DNA of 64,000 nt from Octopus sinensis. Lineage: Eukaryota. The position numbers were made by a program, and so were the translations under genes. Below are positions 50,559-63,780 of this stretch, one piece after another (the first letter of the stretch is position 1; every line of letters begins with the position of its first letter). Where the stretch lies: the NCBI RefSeq assembly GCF_006345805.1, contig NC_043009.1:43090001-43154000 (forward strand), given 5' to 3'. The notes under the pieces are model-generated. The model did not search any database and was not told where the DNA came from. It saw only the letters and a program-made list of their open reading frames with translations.

Positions 50559-51170
50559 CCATCCGTTCGTGTCCGCTGTCAGCCTCGTCTGGCACCCGTG
50601 CCGATGATACGTAAAAGCACCATTCGCTCGTGGCCGTTTGCCAGCTCTGCCTGGCCCCCGTGTCGGTGGCACGTAAAAGCACCATCCATTCATGTTCGTT
50701 GCCAGCCTCGCCTGGCCCCGTGCCGGTGACACATAAAAGCACCGTCCGTTCGTGGCCGTTTGCCAGCTCTGTCTGGCCCCGTGTCGGTGGCACGTAAAAG
50801 CACCATCCGTTCGTGTCCGTTGCCAGCCTCGGCTGGCCCCCATGCCAGTGACACGTAAAAGCACCATCCGTTCGTGGCCGTTTGCCAGCTCTGTCTGGCA
50901 ACCGTGTCGGTGGCACGTAAAAGCACCATCCGTTCGCGTCCGTTGTCAGCCTCGGCTGGCCCCCGTGCTGGTGACACGTAAAAGCACCATCTGTTCGTGG
51001 CCGTTTGCCAGCTCTGTCTGGCCCCGTGTCGGTGGCACGTAAAAGCACCATCCGTTCGTGTTCGTTGTCAGCCTCGGCTGGCCCCGTGCCGGTGACACGT
51101 AAAAGCACCATCCGTTCGTGGGCGTTCGCCAGCTCTGTCTGGCATCTGTGCAGGTGGCATGTAAAAAAAC
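50559..51170 (+). repeat. Ten ~60-62-bp units in strict A/B alternation (5 dimers)
   Basis: A: CCATCCGTTCGTGTCCGTTGCCAGCCTCGGCTGGCCCC..GCCGGTGACACGTAAAAGCA. B: CCATCCGTTCGTGGCCGTTTGCCAGCTCTGTCTGGCCCCGTGTCGGTGGCACGTAAAAGCA. Confidence 0.95.
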
Positions 51171-51337
51171 ACCCACTACACTCGCGGAGTGGTTGGCGTT
51201 AGGAAGGGCATCCAGCCGTAGAAACACTGCCAGATCTGACTGGGCCTGACGAAGCCTTCCAGCTTCACAGAACCCAGTTGACCCGTCCAACCCATGCTAG
51301 CATGGAAAGTGGACGCTAAATGATGATGATGATGATG

Positions 51338-51368
<31 letters not shown>

Positions 51369-52321
51369 CAAAAAATACAAAAATGAGACAAGAACGCAAG
51401 TCATCCAGACAGATGATGCAAAGAAAACAAGGACCAGTAATTCAGAGTTTTCTTTCCTCAGTCGAGTTCCAGATTATCTTATTGCTCTAATCTGGCCAGC
51501 CCCAAGGAAAAGCTAAGCCAAGAGCACTAGATTCCTTGGAAGAAAGCAGTGAATGTATATGAAAACAACGGAGAAATGGTACACAAATACAAATAACAGG
51601 ACATTAACAAAGGGTAATCTGAAATATTAGAAATTTCCATTACCAGTGGCCTAGCATGTATGTATGTACATATGTATGTATGTATGTATATTTATGTATG
51701 TGTGTCTTTGTATCATATGACTGAAACAAGTAAAAGAATAAAAGAATATATAAACATATATATATGTTAGCGCATTCAACTGTTTACCGAAAAGTTGGTG
51801 GTTCATGCCCTCATGGGGACGATTTATTTCATTGGTACAACCCATGCCAGCATGGACGCCGGGCGTTAAAGGATGATGAGGATGAAAATTATAATGATAT
51901 ATATGTACGTATGTGTGTGTTTCTGCCTGCATATGCCTTCCACTGCTACTTAGTTCTAGGCAGTTTTAGTACAGAGGCTATTAGTTTTCATTCTGGTACT
52001 CTATGTTCTGAGTTCAAACGCTACCATGGTCTACTTGGTTGGTAGATTTATAGTTTTCCCAGTTTAACAACACTACCTGGTCTTTGTGTACCATTAGCAA
52101 AGCTGACTCTGTGGTAAGCATCTAGTCCAGGTCCCCACTTTGACGGTACCTTACTCACCACTAACTCCAAACAGGAGCATGGGGGTTGATGGGGAGAAGG
52201 CCCTGTAAAGAAAGGGTCATATGCACTGCCTTTGAAATACAGGTACTACTGGCCCTTTGAAATACAGGTACTACTCATTTTTGCCAGATGTGTGGCAAAT
52301 ATACATGAATATATATGAATA

Positions 52322-52735
52322 GACGTGGGAGTGAGTGTGTGGTAAGTAGCTTGCTTACCAACCACATGGTTCCAGGTTCAGTCCCACTGCATGGCACCTT
52401 GGGCAAGTGTCTTTTACTATAGCCTTGGGCCGACCAAAGCCTTGTGAGTGGATTTGGTAGACGGAAATTGAAAGAAGCCTGTCGTATATATGAATATGTA
52501 TATGTATGTGTGTGTATATGTTTGTGTGTCTGTGTTTATCTCCCCCCCAACATCACTTGATAACCGATAGTGGTGTGTTTACATCCCTGTAACCTAGGGA
52601 TTTGGCAAAGAGACTGATAGAATAAGTACTAGGCTTATATAAGCCTAGTATAGAATAAGTACATTGTTCAACTAAAGGCAGTGCTCCAGCATGGCCGCAG
52701 TCAAATGACTGAAACAAGTAAAAAGAGTAAAAGAG
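52322..52735 (+). mobile_element. Family A SINE
   Basis: Head GTGTGGTAAGTAGC..GGTTCAGTCCC and tail CAGTCAAATGACTGAAACAAG. Confidence 0.85.
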
Positions 52736-53474
52736 TACATAGAATGGGTTTCTTTCAGTTTCCATCTACCAAATCTACTCACAAGGCTTTGGTCATCTCA
52801 AGGCTAAAAAAAAGACATTTACATAATGTGTCATGCAGTGGAACTGAACCCAGCATCATGTAGCTGAGAAGCAAATCTCTTACCACACGACCGCATATAG
52901 AGAACAAAAAAAAATGATTTCATTTGCTTAATCCTGAAATCAATAGGAAACTATGATCAGAAATATTGACTTCTAGTTTCTGGTTTTAAATACAAACTTA
53001 TTGAACTAGCTTATGATTAAAACCAATAGATAAGATGATCAATGGGCTCAGTACTAAAACTGCTGAAAACTGATTAAGGTTTATGATAGTGTTTTATATT
53101 AAGCTGAGATAGTCTTAGTATCGGATCCTTAAAGGTCCATTATCATTAGAAGAGTAAATATCGAAAATGGTAGAATAACATCTAATCTAATCTGCTAAAA
53201 GTGTGATATCTAAATATCATAAATCACCGAAAAGAATAACAAGCTTTTGTGTTACCATTTTTATATTCTACTGCGCTATCATGTTAATAGCATTGAATTT
53301 AATGACATTAAATCAAATTGATTTAATGGTTCTTTCTATGCTACCAATAGATTTGCATTTTAGTATTATCTAAGCGTGCTGCTATGTTCTGAGTTCAAAT
53401 TCTGCTGAGATTGATTTTGCCTTATTTACATTATTTACATTCGATGGATATTTGTCCTCATCTTGTTTGTTGTT

Positions 53475-53520
53475 AACACAACGTTTCAGTTAATATACCC
53501 TCCAGCCTTCTTCAAGTATC
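53475..53520 (-). ncRNA. Hammerhead motif (decayed core, intact stem III)
   Basis: Minus strand GATAC-TTGAAGA-a-GGCTGG..TTAACT-GAAACGTT-GTGTT. Confidence 0.65.
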
Positions 53521-53569
53521 TTGGGGAAATTTCAAACCTGGGTTCTCATTCCTAAGGTATTTTTCGATG

Positions 53570-53640
<71 letters not shown>

Positions 53641-53675
53641 GTTATTGTTAGTGTTCATGTTCGAAATTTCCCCAA

Positions 53676-53721
53676 GACACCTGAAGAAGGCTGGAGGGTA
53701 TACCAGCCAAAACATTGCGTT
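53676..53721 (+). ncRNA. Hammerhead motif (perfect stem II, G12A)
   Basis: GACAC-CTGAAGA-a-GGCTGG agggtata CCAGCC-AAAAC-ATT-GCGTT. Confidence 0.65.
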
Positions 53722-54721
53722 AACAACAAACAAGATGAGGACAAATATCCGTTGAATGTAAATAATGTAAATAATGTACATAATTCCTCATCTCTTAAAT
53801 ATAGAACTGTATTGACTTTGCCCTTCATCCTTTCGAGGTCAATAAATTATGTAACAGTTGCGTACTAGGGTCGATCTAATCGACTGGTCCCCTCCCCCAA
53901 AATTTCAGGCCTTGTGTGTAAAGTAGAAAAGAATAGATTTATATTTTAGTATTATCTAAGTGTACCGCTATGTTCTGAGTTCAAATCCCACCAAGGTCGA
54001 CTTTGTCTTTCATCCTTTCAGGGTCGATAAATTAAGTATCAGTGAAACACTCATGACAGTAAGATTGTAGTTTCGATTCTTGGATTGGGTGATGTGTTCT
54101 GTTCTAGAGTAAAACACTTCATTTTACTCTGCTGATAAAAATTAATACTCTTCTGATGAACTGGCTTCCTGTCCAGGGGGAATATATACATCGTAGAATC
54201 CAGAAAACCAGTGTTAAGAAATTATGACTCAGGAAGGACTGTTGGCCCCTTTTTTTTGGTTGTTTATCTGAATCTAAGTATTTCATTTTTGTATGTGGTT
54301 TGCAAGATTCTTTATGTGAATTCGTGTATTGAAGCATATTTTATTGTGTCTGGGGAGAGTCATTCTCTTTTAGTGCCTTATTAATTTAACACAGTCACGA
54401 GTCTAATTCCCAATAACTCCATTACTCTGTTTCAGTTGTCCAATTGTGGCCATACTGGATCATGTTAAGGAAAGAATTTAGTCATTCATATAAATCCTAA
54501 GATTGTCTTTTTTGATAAAATAAGCAGCAATGAAGTCATGGGATCAACTCATTCAATTCCACTAAAATTGCTGGCCTTTTGCCAAAATTTGAAACAATTA
54601 TTATGATTAGTTATAGTTAAGGTGGTGAACTGACCAGATCGTTGACCTGCCGGACAAAATGCAGCGCAGCATTTTATCTGTCTTTATGTTCTGAGTTGAA
54701 ATCAACTTTACCTTTCAGGGC

Positions 54722-55007
54722 CAATAAAATAAGTACCAGATAAAATAAGTACCTGAAATTGCTAGCCTGGTGCCAAAATAAGTACCAATAAGTACCACTA
54801 AAATAAGTACCTGAAACTGCTGGCCTGGTGCCAAAATGAATACCAGATAAGTACCAATAAGTACCAATAAAATAAGTACCAGATAAAATAAGCACCTGAA
54901 ATTGCTAGCCTGGTGCCAAAATAAGTACCAGATAAGTACCAATAAGTAACATTAAAATAAGTACCAGATAAAATAAGTACCTGAAATTGCTAGCCTGGTG
55001 CCAAAAT
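54722..55007 (+). repeat. Complex tandem repeat amplified from family C SINE motifs
   Basis: CCTGAAATTGCTAGCCTGGTGCCAAAAT at 54752, 54810, 54895 and 54980, separated by variable ATAAGTACC(A) sub-repeats. Confidence 0.9.
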
Positions 55008-55587
55008 TTTAAACCATCATTAGCCGTTGTTAAGGTAGCAAGCTGGCAGAATTGTTAGCATGTTGGACAAATTGCTTAGTGGCATTTCTCCCACCTCTTT
55101 ACATTCTAGTTCAAAATCTGTCAAGGTAAATTTTGCCTTACAGCCTTTTGCAGGGGTGGGGTCAGATAAAATAAGTACCAATCAAAAACTGAGGTCAATG
55201 TAATCAATTCACACCTTCTTAAAAAAATTGCTGTCCTTTTTTCCTAAAATGCAAAACAATTATTATTATTATTATTATTATTATCATTGTTGCTGCTGCT
55301 GCTGCTGCCACCGTTGTTGTTATTGTTGTTGTTGTTTTCCAGGATGATAAATTACAGAATCAGAAGAGCGCTGGATGAAATATCATGAGATATTTAGTTA
55401 CAAACCTTTTATGCTCCAAATTTAAAACACCAACCCACCACCTGATCTGTGTTTTAGCTTTCATCCTTCTGGAGTTGATAAAATAATTACCACTGAAATA
55501 CTTGGAGGGGTTTAGCTAAACCATCTACCCCACTTTCTTCTAAATTTATGGCTCTCTATTTGCTGCTTTCAGTTTAAAAATTTATTA

Positions 55588-55646
<59 letters not shown>

Positions 55647-55919
55647 GTCGTTGCTGTAATTATTTTTGCCATGTCATCATCAAAACACATAAACAAAGAG
55701 AAGCTATAACTGCAATATTTCAAAATTATACGTATTATGTTACAAACAAATTAATGAAGGAAAAAACAAACATATACACATATGCACACACACAAAAAAA
55801 TAATAATAATAATAATAATCATAATAGTAATAATAATAATATTGAAATGATAGAATATTTTAATTATATATCATTATTCTTGTAAAGTCACCTCATTCAT
55901 CTGTTGCCCTGGTGGCAAG

Positions 55920-55950
55920 TAAAACAATAATAATAATGATGATGATGATG

Positions 55951-55995
<45 letters not shown>

Positions 55996-56006
55996 TAATA
56001 TCTAAT

Positions 56007-56052
<46 letters not shown>

Positions 56053-56069
56053 TTAATAATAATAATAAT

Positions 56070-56109
<40 letters not shown>

Positions 56110-56470
56110 ATGATGATGATGATGATGATGATGATAATAATCGTGGTGGTGGTGGTGATGGTGGTGGTGAACAACATTGAGGATAATGAGGATTTCTTGT
56201 ATTTGCCACAGGGGTGCCAAATAATAACAATAATAACAATAATACTCTCATCTCCATCATTATCAACATCATCATCATCATCGTTCTCATCGTCGTTGTT
56301 GTCGTCGTTGTCGTCATCATCATCATCAGCACTGCCACCACCACCACCGTCGTCGTCATCGTCATTGTCAGCCTCAGCACCATCATCATCATCATCAATG
56401 CCACTGTTGTTGCCATAATCATCATCATCATCATTATCATTGTTGTTGTTGTTGTTGTCATCATTATTAT
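55920..56470. repeat. Mosaic trinucleotide tract: (AAT)(GAT)(AAC)(GGT)(CAT)(CGT)
   Basis: Read directly from the sequence. Confidence 0.95.
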
Positions 56471-58094
56471 TACTTCTATGAACGTTGTTGTTTATATTAT
56501 TGCTATATTTGAGATATTAACTTGCCATTTATTGGAGCCTTTCGTAATCCAAAGAAGTACCCTTCCCCCCACCCACTCCTCTCAACACCCCCCCCCCCCG
56601 GTAACTCGATTTGGTAGTGGAAAATTATTAAGAGAGATTTGAAGTAATTTAAGACCAAAGTATTCCAATGGGAATTGGTGAGTGTTGCGAAAATAAAAAT
56701 CATTGAAAAATGTTGCTTTATAAGAGATGTTGGAAGAAACAACACTGTAGGGGTCTAGTGGTGGGAGATGGGGTGAGAAACGGTTTCTAATGGCACAACA
56801 TATCAATCTAAGTTGAGCTGTTAAGGAACCTGAGAGTTTTGAGAAAATAGTTGTTAGCCTTTGAGATTAAGGGTCGGTGTCGGAGACAGACGAAAGTGAT
56901 GTGGTAACAAAACATTGGACCTTTAGGCCTCTCTCTCTATACATCTCAGTCTGGTCTTTATGTTTTTGTTTCCACTTTTGTTAGCTAATGAAGGCGTGTG
57001 GTTTAGTGGTTAGGATGTTGGACTTGCAATTGTTATGATGTTGGTTCGATTCTCAGGTAAAGTAGCATGTTGCTTCTTTTAGCAAAGCATTTCTTTTTGC
57101 ATTGTTTCCGAACATCAACTAAAATTAAGTAACGGTAACACCTGGGTGACACCTAGGACAGACTGGCATCCTATTTAGAGTGAAGTCCCGTGGCTTCAGC
57201 CTCAAAAACCTTAAAAATCCAAATTAACTCCATGTGCTTTGTAGGCTTAGTATAGGTTTAAGTCCCACTCAGAGCAAGGTGGGCTCAAGAAAGACTTTCT
57301 TTGTGCCAGGTAAAACAGAAGCATGAGGACCTAGTGAAGGAGAACGGCTGGTAATGAGAGAAAAGAACAAGAGGTTAAGGGCTTGATAAATGTGTGATGC
57401 CCAGTTTAGAATTTGAAATCATTACTAGCTGGCAAAATTGTTTGTTTGTGTGTGTGTGTGTGGTGTGTGTGTGTGTGTGGTGTGTGTGTGGTGTGTGTGT
57501 GTGTACATAAACGTATGTTTGTGTGAGTGAGATCTTCTTTCTCCTCGCTTTTACGTGTGAAATGATAGCAAACAAAAGGCTCATTTAATTGGTGTTGTTT
57601 GGTTCCCTATTTCTGTGTAACCAGACTCGGAATGCTCATTATGCCATAACCTGGAGGATTATAACTTTGTTTAGAAACAAGTGAGGGTTAACGCCAGGAA
57701 GGGCATCCATATGTAGAAATCTATGCCCTGATGCAGCTGCTTGTGACCCATAGAAAAGTAAACTTTAAAACATTGACATATGTGTGTGAGTGTATGAATT
57801 TACATACACACGCATGCACATGCAAACACACACACTCACACATACATACACACACGCTGTTTACACGCACACGTGCACACAAAGTCTTCAGGAGAGCAGA
57901 AGTATACAGAATAATTTACGTAAATAAATTAATAAAATATCAGAGTCAGAAAAACGGAAACTGTTTATTAATAAAAAAAATCATAGTCAATAAAACTGAA
58001 ATAATTTGAAATAGAATAAGTTAAAATAGAACATATTTATAGCTTGAATTTAGCGCTTTCATCTGCCTATAGACTTCTGCAGATTTAAAATTTT

Positions 58095-58527
58095 AAGGCA
58101 GCGAGCTGGCAGAAACGTTAGCACGCCGGGCAAAATACTTAGCGGTATTTTGTCTGCCGTTACGTTCTGAGTTCAAATTCCGTCGAGGTCGACATTGTTT
58201 TTCATCCTTTCGGGGTCGATAAATTAAGTACCAGTTACGCACTGAGGTCGATGTAATCGACTTAATCCCTTTGTCTGTCCTTGTTTTTCTCCTCTATGTT
58301 TAGCCCCTTGTGGGCAATAAAGAAATAAGAAACGTTAGCACGACGGGCGAAATGCTTAGCGGTAATTCATTTGTCTTTATATTCTGAGTTCAAATTCCGC
58401 CGAGGTCGAATTTGCCTTTCATCCTTTCGGGGTCAATAAATTAAGTACCAGTTGCGTACTGGAGTCGATGTAATCGACTGGCTCCTCCCCAAAAATTTCG
58501 GGCCTTGTACCTAGAGTAGAAAAGAAA
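58095..58527 (+). mobile_element. Head-to-tail family C SINE dimer (tail 1, then tail 2)
   Basis: The second unit starts AAACGTTAGCACG at ~58330 and ends CCTTGTACCTAGAGTAGAAAAGAA. Confidence 0.85.
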
Positions 58528-59089
58528 GGTGTGTAATTTTTATTGTGTGATATGTTTATTTAAATATCTTTATGTAGTAGAACTGTAATGCAGTTTATTT
58601 CAGAGAAATAATTTTTTTCTCCATTCTTCTGGTATTGGGAATCTTCCCTTGTGTCTCTACAAAGAAAAAGAAAAGAAAGAAGAAAAATAGATGTAGCCTA
58701 CAAATTTCTATATGTTTACTTAGTGGAATTTCCCTTAGCTCTGGCTGTATATTTGTTGTGGCTGTATTCTGACCTGTTCCTATTAGAAGTTTTTAAAACT
58801 TGACGAGCTCAAACACGGATGAAAGTGCTACATTCAAGCGACAGTAGTCTATTTGTAAATATTTTATTTTAATTTTACTGACCATGATCTCTTATAAATA
58901 TAGTATTTCATTTTTTCTTGCTGTAATTTTTTATTAGTCTATATATCAATCCGTAGACTGTCAAAGACGTTTATGCTCAAATAAGTGTATGTGTATGTTG
59001 CATGTGCTGTGCTTGTTCAAATAAGTATGTGTGTGTGTGTGTGTATTCGCACAATATATATATATATATATAAATATATATATATATAT

Positions 59090-59146
<57 letters not shown>

Positions 59147-59753
59147 TTGGTGTGTGTGTATATATATATATAATTGTATGTATGCATATATATAGATATG
59201 TACGCATGTATGTATTTATGCATGCATGTATGTGTGAAGAGAGAGAGAGAGGAAGCAAGAGAGAAAAACATGTATATATGGATTTTTGTATGTATGTTGT
59301 GCGGGTGTATGTGCACGTGTATATGTATGTATGTATGTGTGTGTGTGTGCATCATGTATGCATGCGTGTTTGTGTGTGAGAAAGAGAGAGAGAGAGAGAG
59401 TGCGTGTGTGTGTTGGTGTAACATTAGAACTTACTTCCAGATTATTGAACCTTCTTAAAATATATCTGAAATACCAAGTTAGCCTAAAAATACCAAAGTT
59501 TACAAGATATATCTAAGATTTTTATCATGATCCTATCAGATTCTTTAAAACAGGACAAGAATTTGCTAGAACAATCTTTTACTGATGGAAGATAAGGAAC
59601 TACTCTGGTAGGAGGGTCTTAGAAATAGTCTATGTTCTCATGTAAGTTATTGTATTGGTAAAGTGAACTTGAAGACATCCTGAGTGTGAGGCCTTCTTCA
59701 CTTTGTAACAATAGCAGAAGAATCGACAAGACGATGGTGGCGGTGACAGTAGT

Positions 59754-59798
<45 letters not shown>

Positions 59799-59873
59799 AG
59801 CGACGACGACTGCGATAACAAAGACAATGTAAGCCATAAACAATGATGATGACCACGAAATAACATCAACAAC

Positions 59874-60258
59874 AGGCACAGGAGTGGCTGTGTGGTAAGT
59901 AGCTTGTTTCCCAACCTCATGGTTCCGGGTTCAGTCCCATTGCGTGGCACCTTGGGCAAGTGCCTTCTACTATAGCCTCGGGCCGACCAAAGCCATGTGA
60001 GTGGATTTGGTAGACGGAAACTGAAAGAAGCCCGTCGTGTGTGTGTGTGTGTGTGTGTTTGTCCCCCCCCCAACTTCGCTTGACAACCGATGCTGGTCTG
60101 TTTACGTCCCCGTAACTTAGCGGTTCAGCAAAAAGAGACCGATGGAACGAGTACTATGCTTACAAAGAATTAAGTCCTGGGATCGATTTGCTCGACTAAA
60201 GGCAGTGCTCCAGCATGGCCGCAGTCAAATGACTGAAACAAATAAAAGAGTAAAAGAG
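59874..60258 (+). mobile_element. Full-length family A SINE
   Basis: AGGCACAGGAGTGGCTGTGTGGTAAG..CAGTCAAATGACTGAAACAAATAAAAGAG. Confidence 0.9.
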
Positions 60259-63200
60259 TAACAGCAATGGCATCAACTACATCGACGACAACGACGGTAA
60301 CAACAGTGACATCATCAACAACAGCAACAATATTAACAATATATATGCTGAAAACGTCAACAATAAAACTGGTTTGCTGTGCTTTATCTTCTTTATTTAA
60401 TTTCGTCTGCTAAAACGGCCTTAGTAACCACGCGGTAATGTCGGTGTATGAAAAAAATACGAAGTAGTCCTAATGGAAATCCTTTCATCATAGGTCTACT
60501 AAATCAGGACTGACCTGGTGTTAAACAACATCCTCAACTCCTTATCGGTTTCACATTTTGGCACAAGGCCGGCAATTTGGGGAAGGAGTAAGTGGGTTAC
60601 ATCGACCTTCGTTGCTCAACTGGCACTTATTTTATCAACCCACAAAGGACGAACGAAAAAGTTGACGTCGTCAAAATTTGAACACAGGGACGAAATGCTG
60701 GTAAGTATTTTACCCGATGTACTGACCTTTGTGACAGCGCACTGACTTGGAATTTTTATCATCATTTTTATCTGAAGATAAAAAAAAAAACATCAGTGCT
60801 TCAGATTGAGTCACAACAATCCATCACACCGCACAAGATAGATTCTTGTAATCTCTTAACCTGTCTTCTATTTATTTGGACAATTTGTCTCTGACCGAAA
60901 GGAATAAAAAAGTAAATGTCTTAAACCCTGTTACAAACAAACAAAGCCCTTTGCTCACTATGCATCTGTGTTTATTTTAAGGATCTTGCTTTGGAAGAAG
61001 AGGAAACTAATGACCTTTGAAATATTTCGAACACTTTCATGTTGGTTACTGATTTAGTAAGGGTCGTGCTAAACAATAAACTGCCTCTCTTGGTTATGAC
61101 TGACTTGCTTTTTTTTTCTGTTCCAATTCTTGTTTGCACACATGCACTCTCAAAGCATGTGCACCTAAACACATTTACAGACATGCATTTACATGTTTTT
61201 ATCTGTTTACACATACGTTGTGGCTTCATGCAGGCATAGCGTGGTTTCGATCACTGATCGCCAAATTTCACTTAACAGTTCAACAGCACTTTTCTCATGG
61301 TAAAACAATAGTTTTTCTGTGAGTGACAGCAGATACATTTGCCAGATGCCTTCGCTAAGCAGAATAATGTCTTTACCACTTGACCCTTCTAACCTCTTCC
61401 AGACCACCAAAAGCTAGAATAAAGATAACAGACCACCAACGAAATCTGTTGTTCTCAACAATATGTTTATCTTTCTGGCTGGTGTTGGATAGTTATAAAA
61501 ACAAGAACTCCGTAAGCCAAAGTCAGTTAGTGAGAATCGAGTATGGCTGACCGGCTGAACAAAATGCCATCTCTAAAGGAAAAGGCACAAAAGGATAATT
61601 ATGGTAACTCACCAACGAAGCAGTTGTTTCGTCCCACCACTCTCACTAACTCACTCTCTTTCCTCTGTAACGTTGCCATATCTCTCTCTATACTACTGTG
61701 AGATCGTGTACACACATACTGGCCGAAATTAACTCTTTTTACCTCTCATGTTCTTCCATTTACTAATTATACATACTAACCCATCGTAATTTTGGATATA
61801 TACAAAGTAATAGTAAATAAATATTGCTTTACAGCTTCAATCACTGTTCTTCCATCTCGCATACTGGCAACGAACACCTTAACAACAACCGTTACAAATT
61901 GGTGACCCTTGACTGCAACGAAAAGCTAACTGTTACACAAACACCAATATTGAGGTAGATATATTCTAGTCTCATAATGAACGATACTGAGGTAAATATA
62001 TTCTAGTTTCCGAATCACTCTGCTGTAATGATTCTAAAATAGAAAACGTAAAACACCTAACGGTATATCTTTTTCCTACCCTTCTGAAAAGATTTTGTTT
62101 AATAAAAGGATTTTAATTATTGCTATTTAATCTTTTAAGCTTAATTGAAATAGCTGTAAGGAACTATGTTTAATTTTTGCAGATAATAATTTTTTTTATT
62201 AAATGCTATATCTCCATTTTCTTACTTTCTTTCGAATGATTATAAACCATGATTTATATTTGAAACTATTGTTTTATGAATATTATTATTCCCAACAAAT
62301 ATTTTAGAAGTTCAGCAGAATTCTTTAAAAGATCAAATATATCCAGATAAGCAAGTAGAAAATTTTTCATGTACATTTTTAAATAAATTCTTATGACTGT
62401 AGAATGTTGTTTTCAGTACACCTTCCCATCAATGCAGCGTGTCTTGTACATGGGCTTGTTGCTAATCTGTACTTTGGCACTGTATTCTAAGCAATTTTCA
62501 TCAAAGAGACAGTTACTGAGATATATACAAATACATGTAGAGGATGAACACATTTATGACACCAGAGATTTTTGGCAGTAGAAGAGACAAAGCTTTTTGC
62601 AACAAAACAGCTACTTTCATTGTACTTAACATAAAGACCTTTTTATGCTTATGTTTCCCGTGAAGTGGCATGGGACTAAATTGAGGAGATTCCTAGGTAA
62701 GTTAGTCTTTCCATTAAGGCTAAAGGTTGGATTAAACCACAACATTTTTACGTTTCAAGTTCTATTGCTATTTCTTGGTTTTCATCTTAAATAAGCTCAC
62801 TGTTTTGAATAGACTCATTGTAGTATGATGAGACAGTGTTAAAGATGGATTCATCCATTGCTAAAGAAAACATTCGCTAACATATATTCGAAAAAATCTA
62901 AAGTAAATTCTCAGAGTTGTTATCAATGTAAAATAATTCCGTGTGTAGCCTTCCATAAGGAATTATTCTGCAAAACTCCAAATCTTAAACAACACTTAGA
63001 AAATATATTGTATTAAGGTCTGTGTCCAGTGTAATTTTTGCAGCCATTCCACAGAAGAACTAAATTAAATATTTCCTATATTTATTCATTATGAACTACA
63101 TTCAATTACTCTGAAAAAAGACTTAGACATTCAATAAATAGAGATCAATAAAATTATTACCAGATAGACAATGTACTAGAGCTGACGTCAAGTAAAAAGC

Positions 63201-63483
63201 AAGAGCTGTGCTCTAGCAGGGTCAAAGACCAGAGGCTAAAACTAGTAAATGAATGAAAGAATACACATACACAGACACACACACATACATGTGTGAGTGT
63301 GTGTGTATTTATATATAATGCATATTTATAGACACACGAAACACAAAAGTGTGTGAGTCAAATGCGCTTTTACACATAGACACACGCGCACACAATATAT
63401 ATATATATAGATAAATATATCAAATACACATACATATATATGTATGTAGTATGTACGTATGTATGTGTGCATACATATAGATG

Positions 63484-63592
<109 letters not shown>

Positions 63593-63748
63593 GTTCAATT
63601 CACAGAAAACAAAAGACGAAGACAGTTGTAGGAACAAGCAGGTGTATAAGTTTAACACTCGGGAAGAATTGAAGTCTTTTACATATATGTACATACATAC
63701 ATACATATATATGTATATGCATATGCAAAGATGTATATATGTATATGC

Positions 63749-63780
<32 letters not shown>

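Larger units (their letters stand above)
49024..51335 (+). mobile_element. 5'-truncated RTE-clade LINE (RT, PHD finger, 3' UTR array, (TGA)n tail)
   Basis: IPNDWCSSIIVNCYKGKGDALDTNNYRGIKLL, then AFVDMEKAFDRVP, GVHQGSVLSP and YADD. A deletion with frameshift lies at ~49212. The RTE tail is at 51290-51335. Confidence 0.95.
53424..53808. mobile_element. Second insertion of the hammerhead-bearing element: main copy on minus (53424-53657) plus inverted copy on plus (53658-53808)
   Basis: Both arms match 26170-26325. It is inserted in a family C SINE with TSD-like TTGATTTTGCCT / TTGACTTTGCCC. Confidence 0.85.

Noticed and set aside
50559-51170. CRISPR-like appearance of the hairpin array
   Set aside because: There are no unique spacers and no cas genes; the units are tandem and belong to an RTE 3' UTR in eukaryotic DNA.
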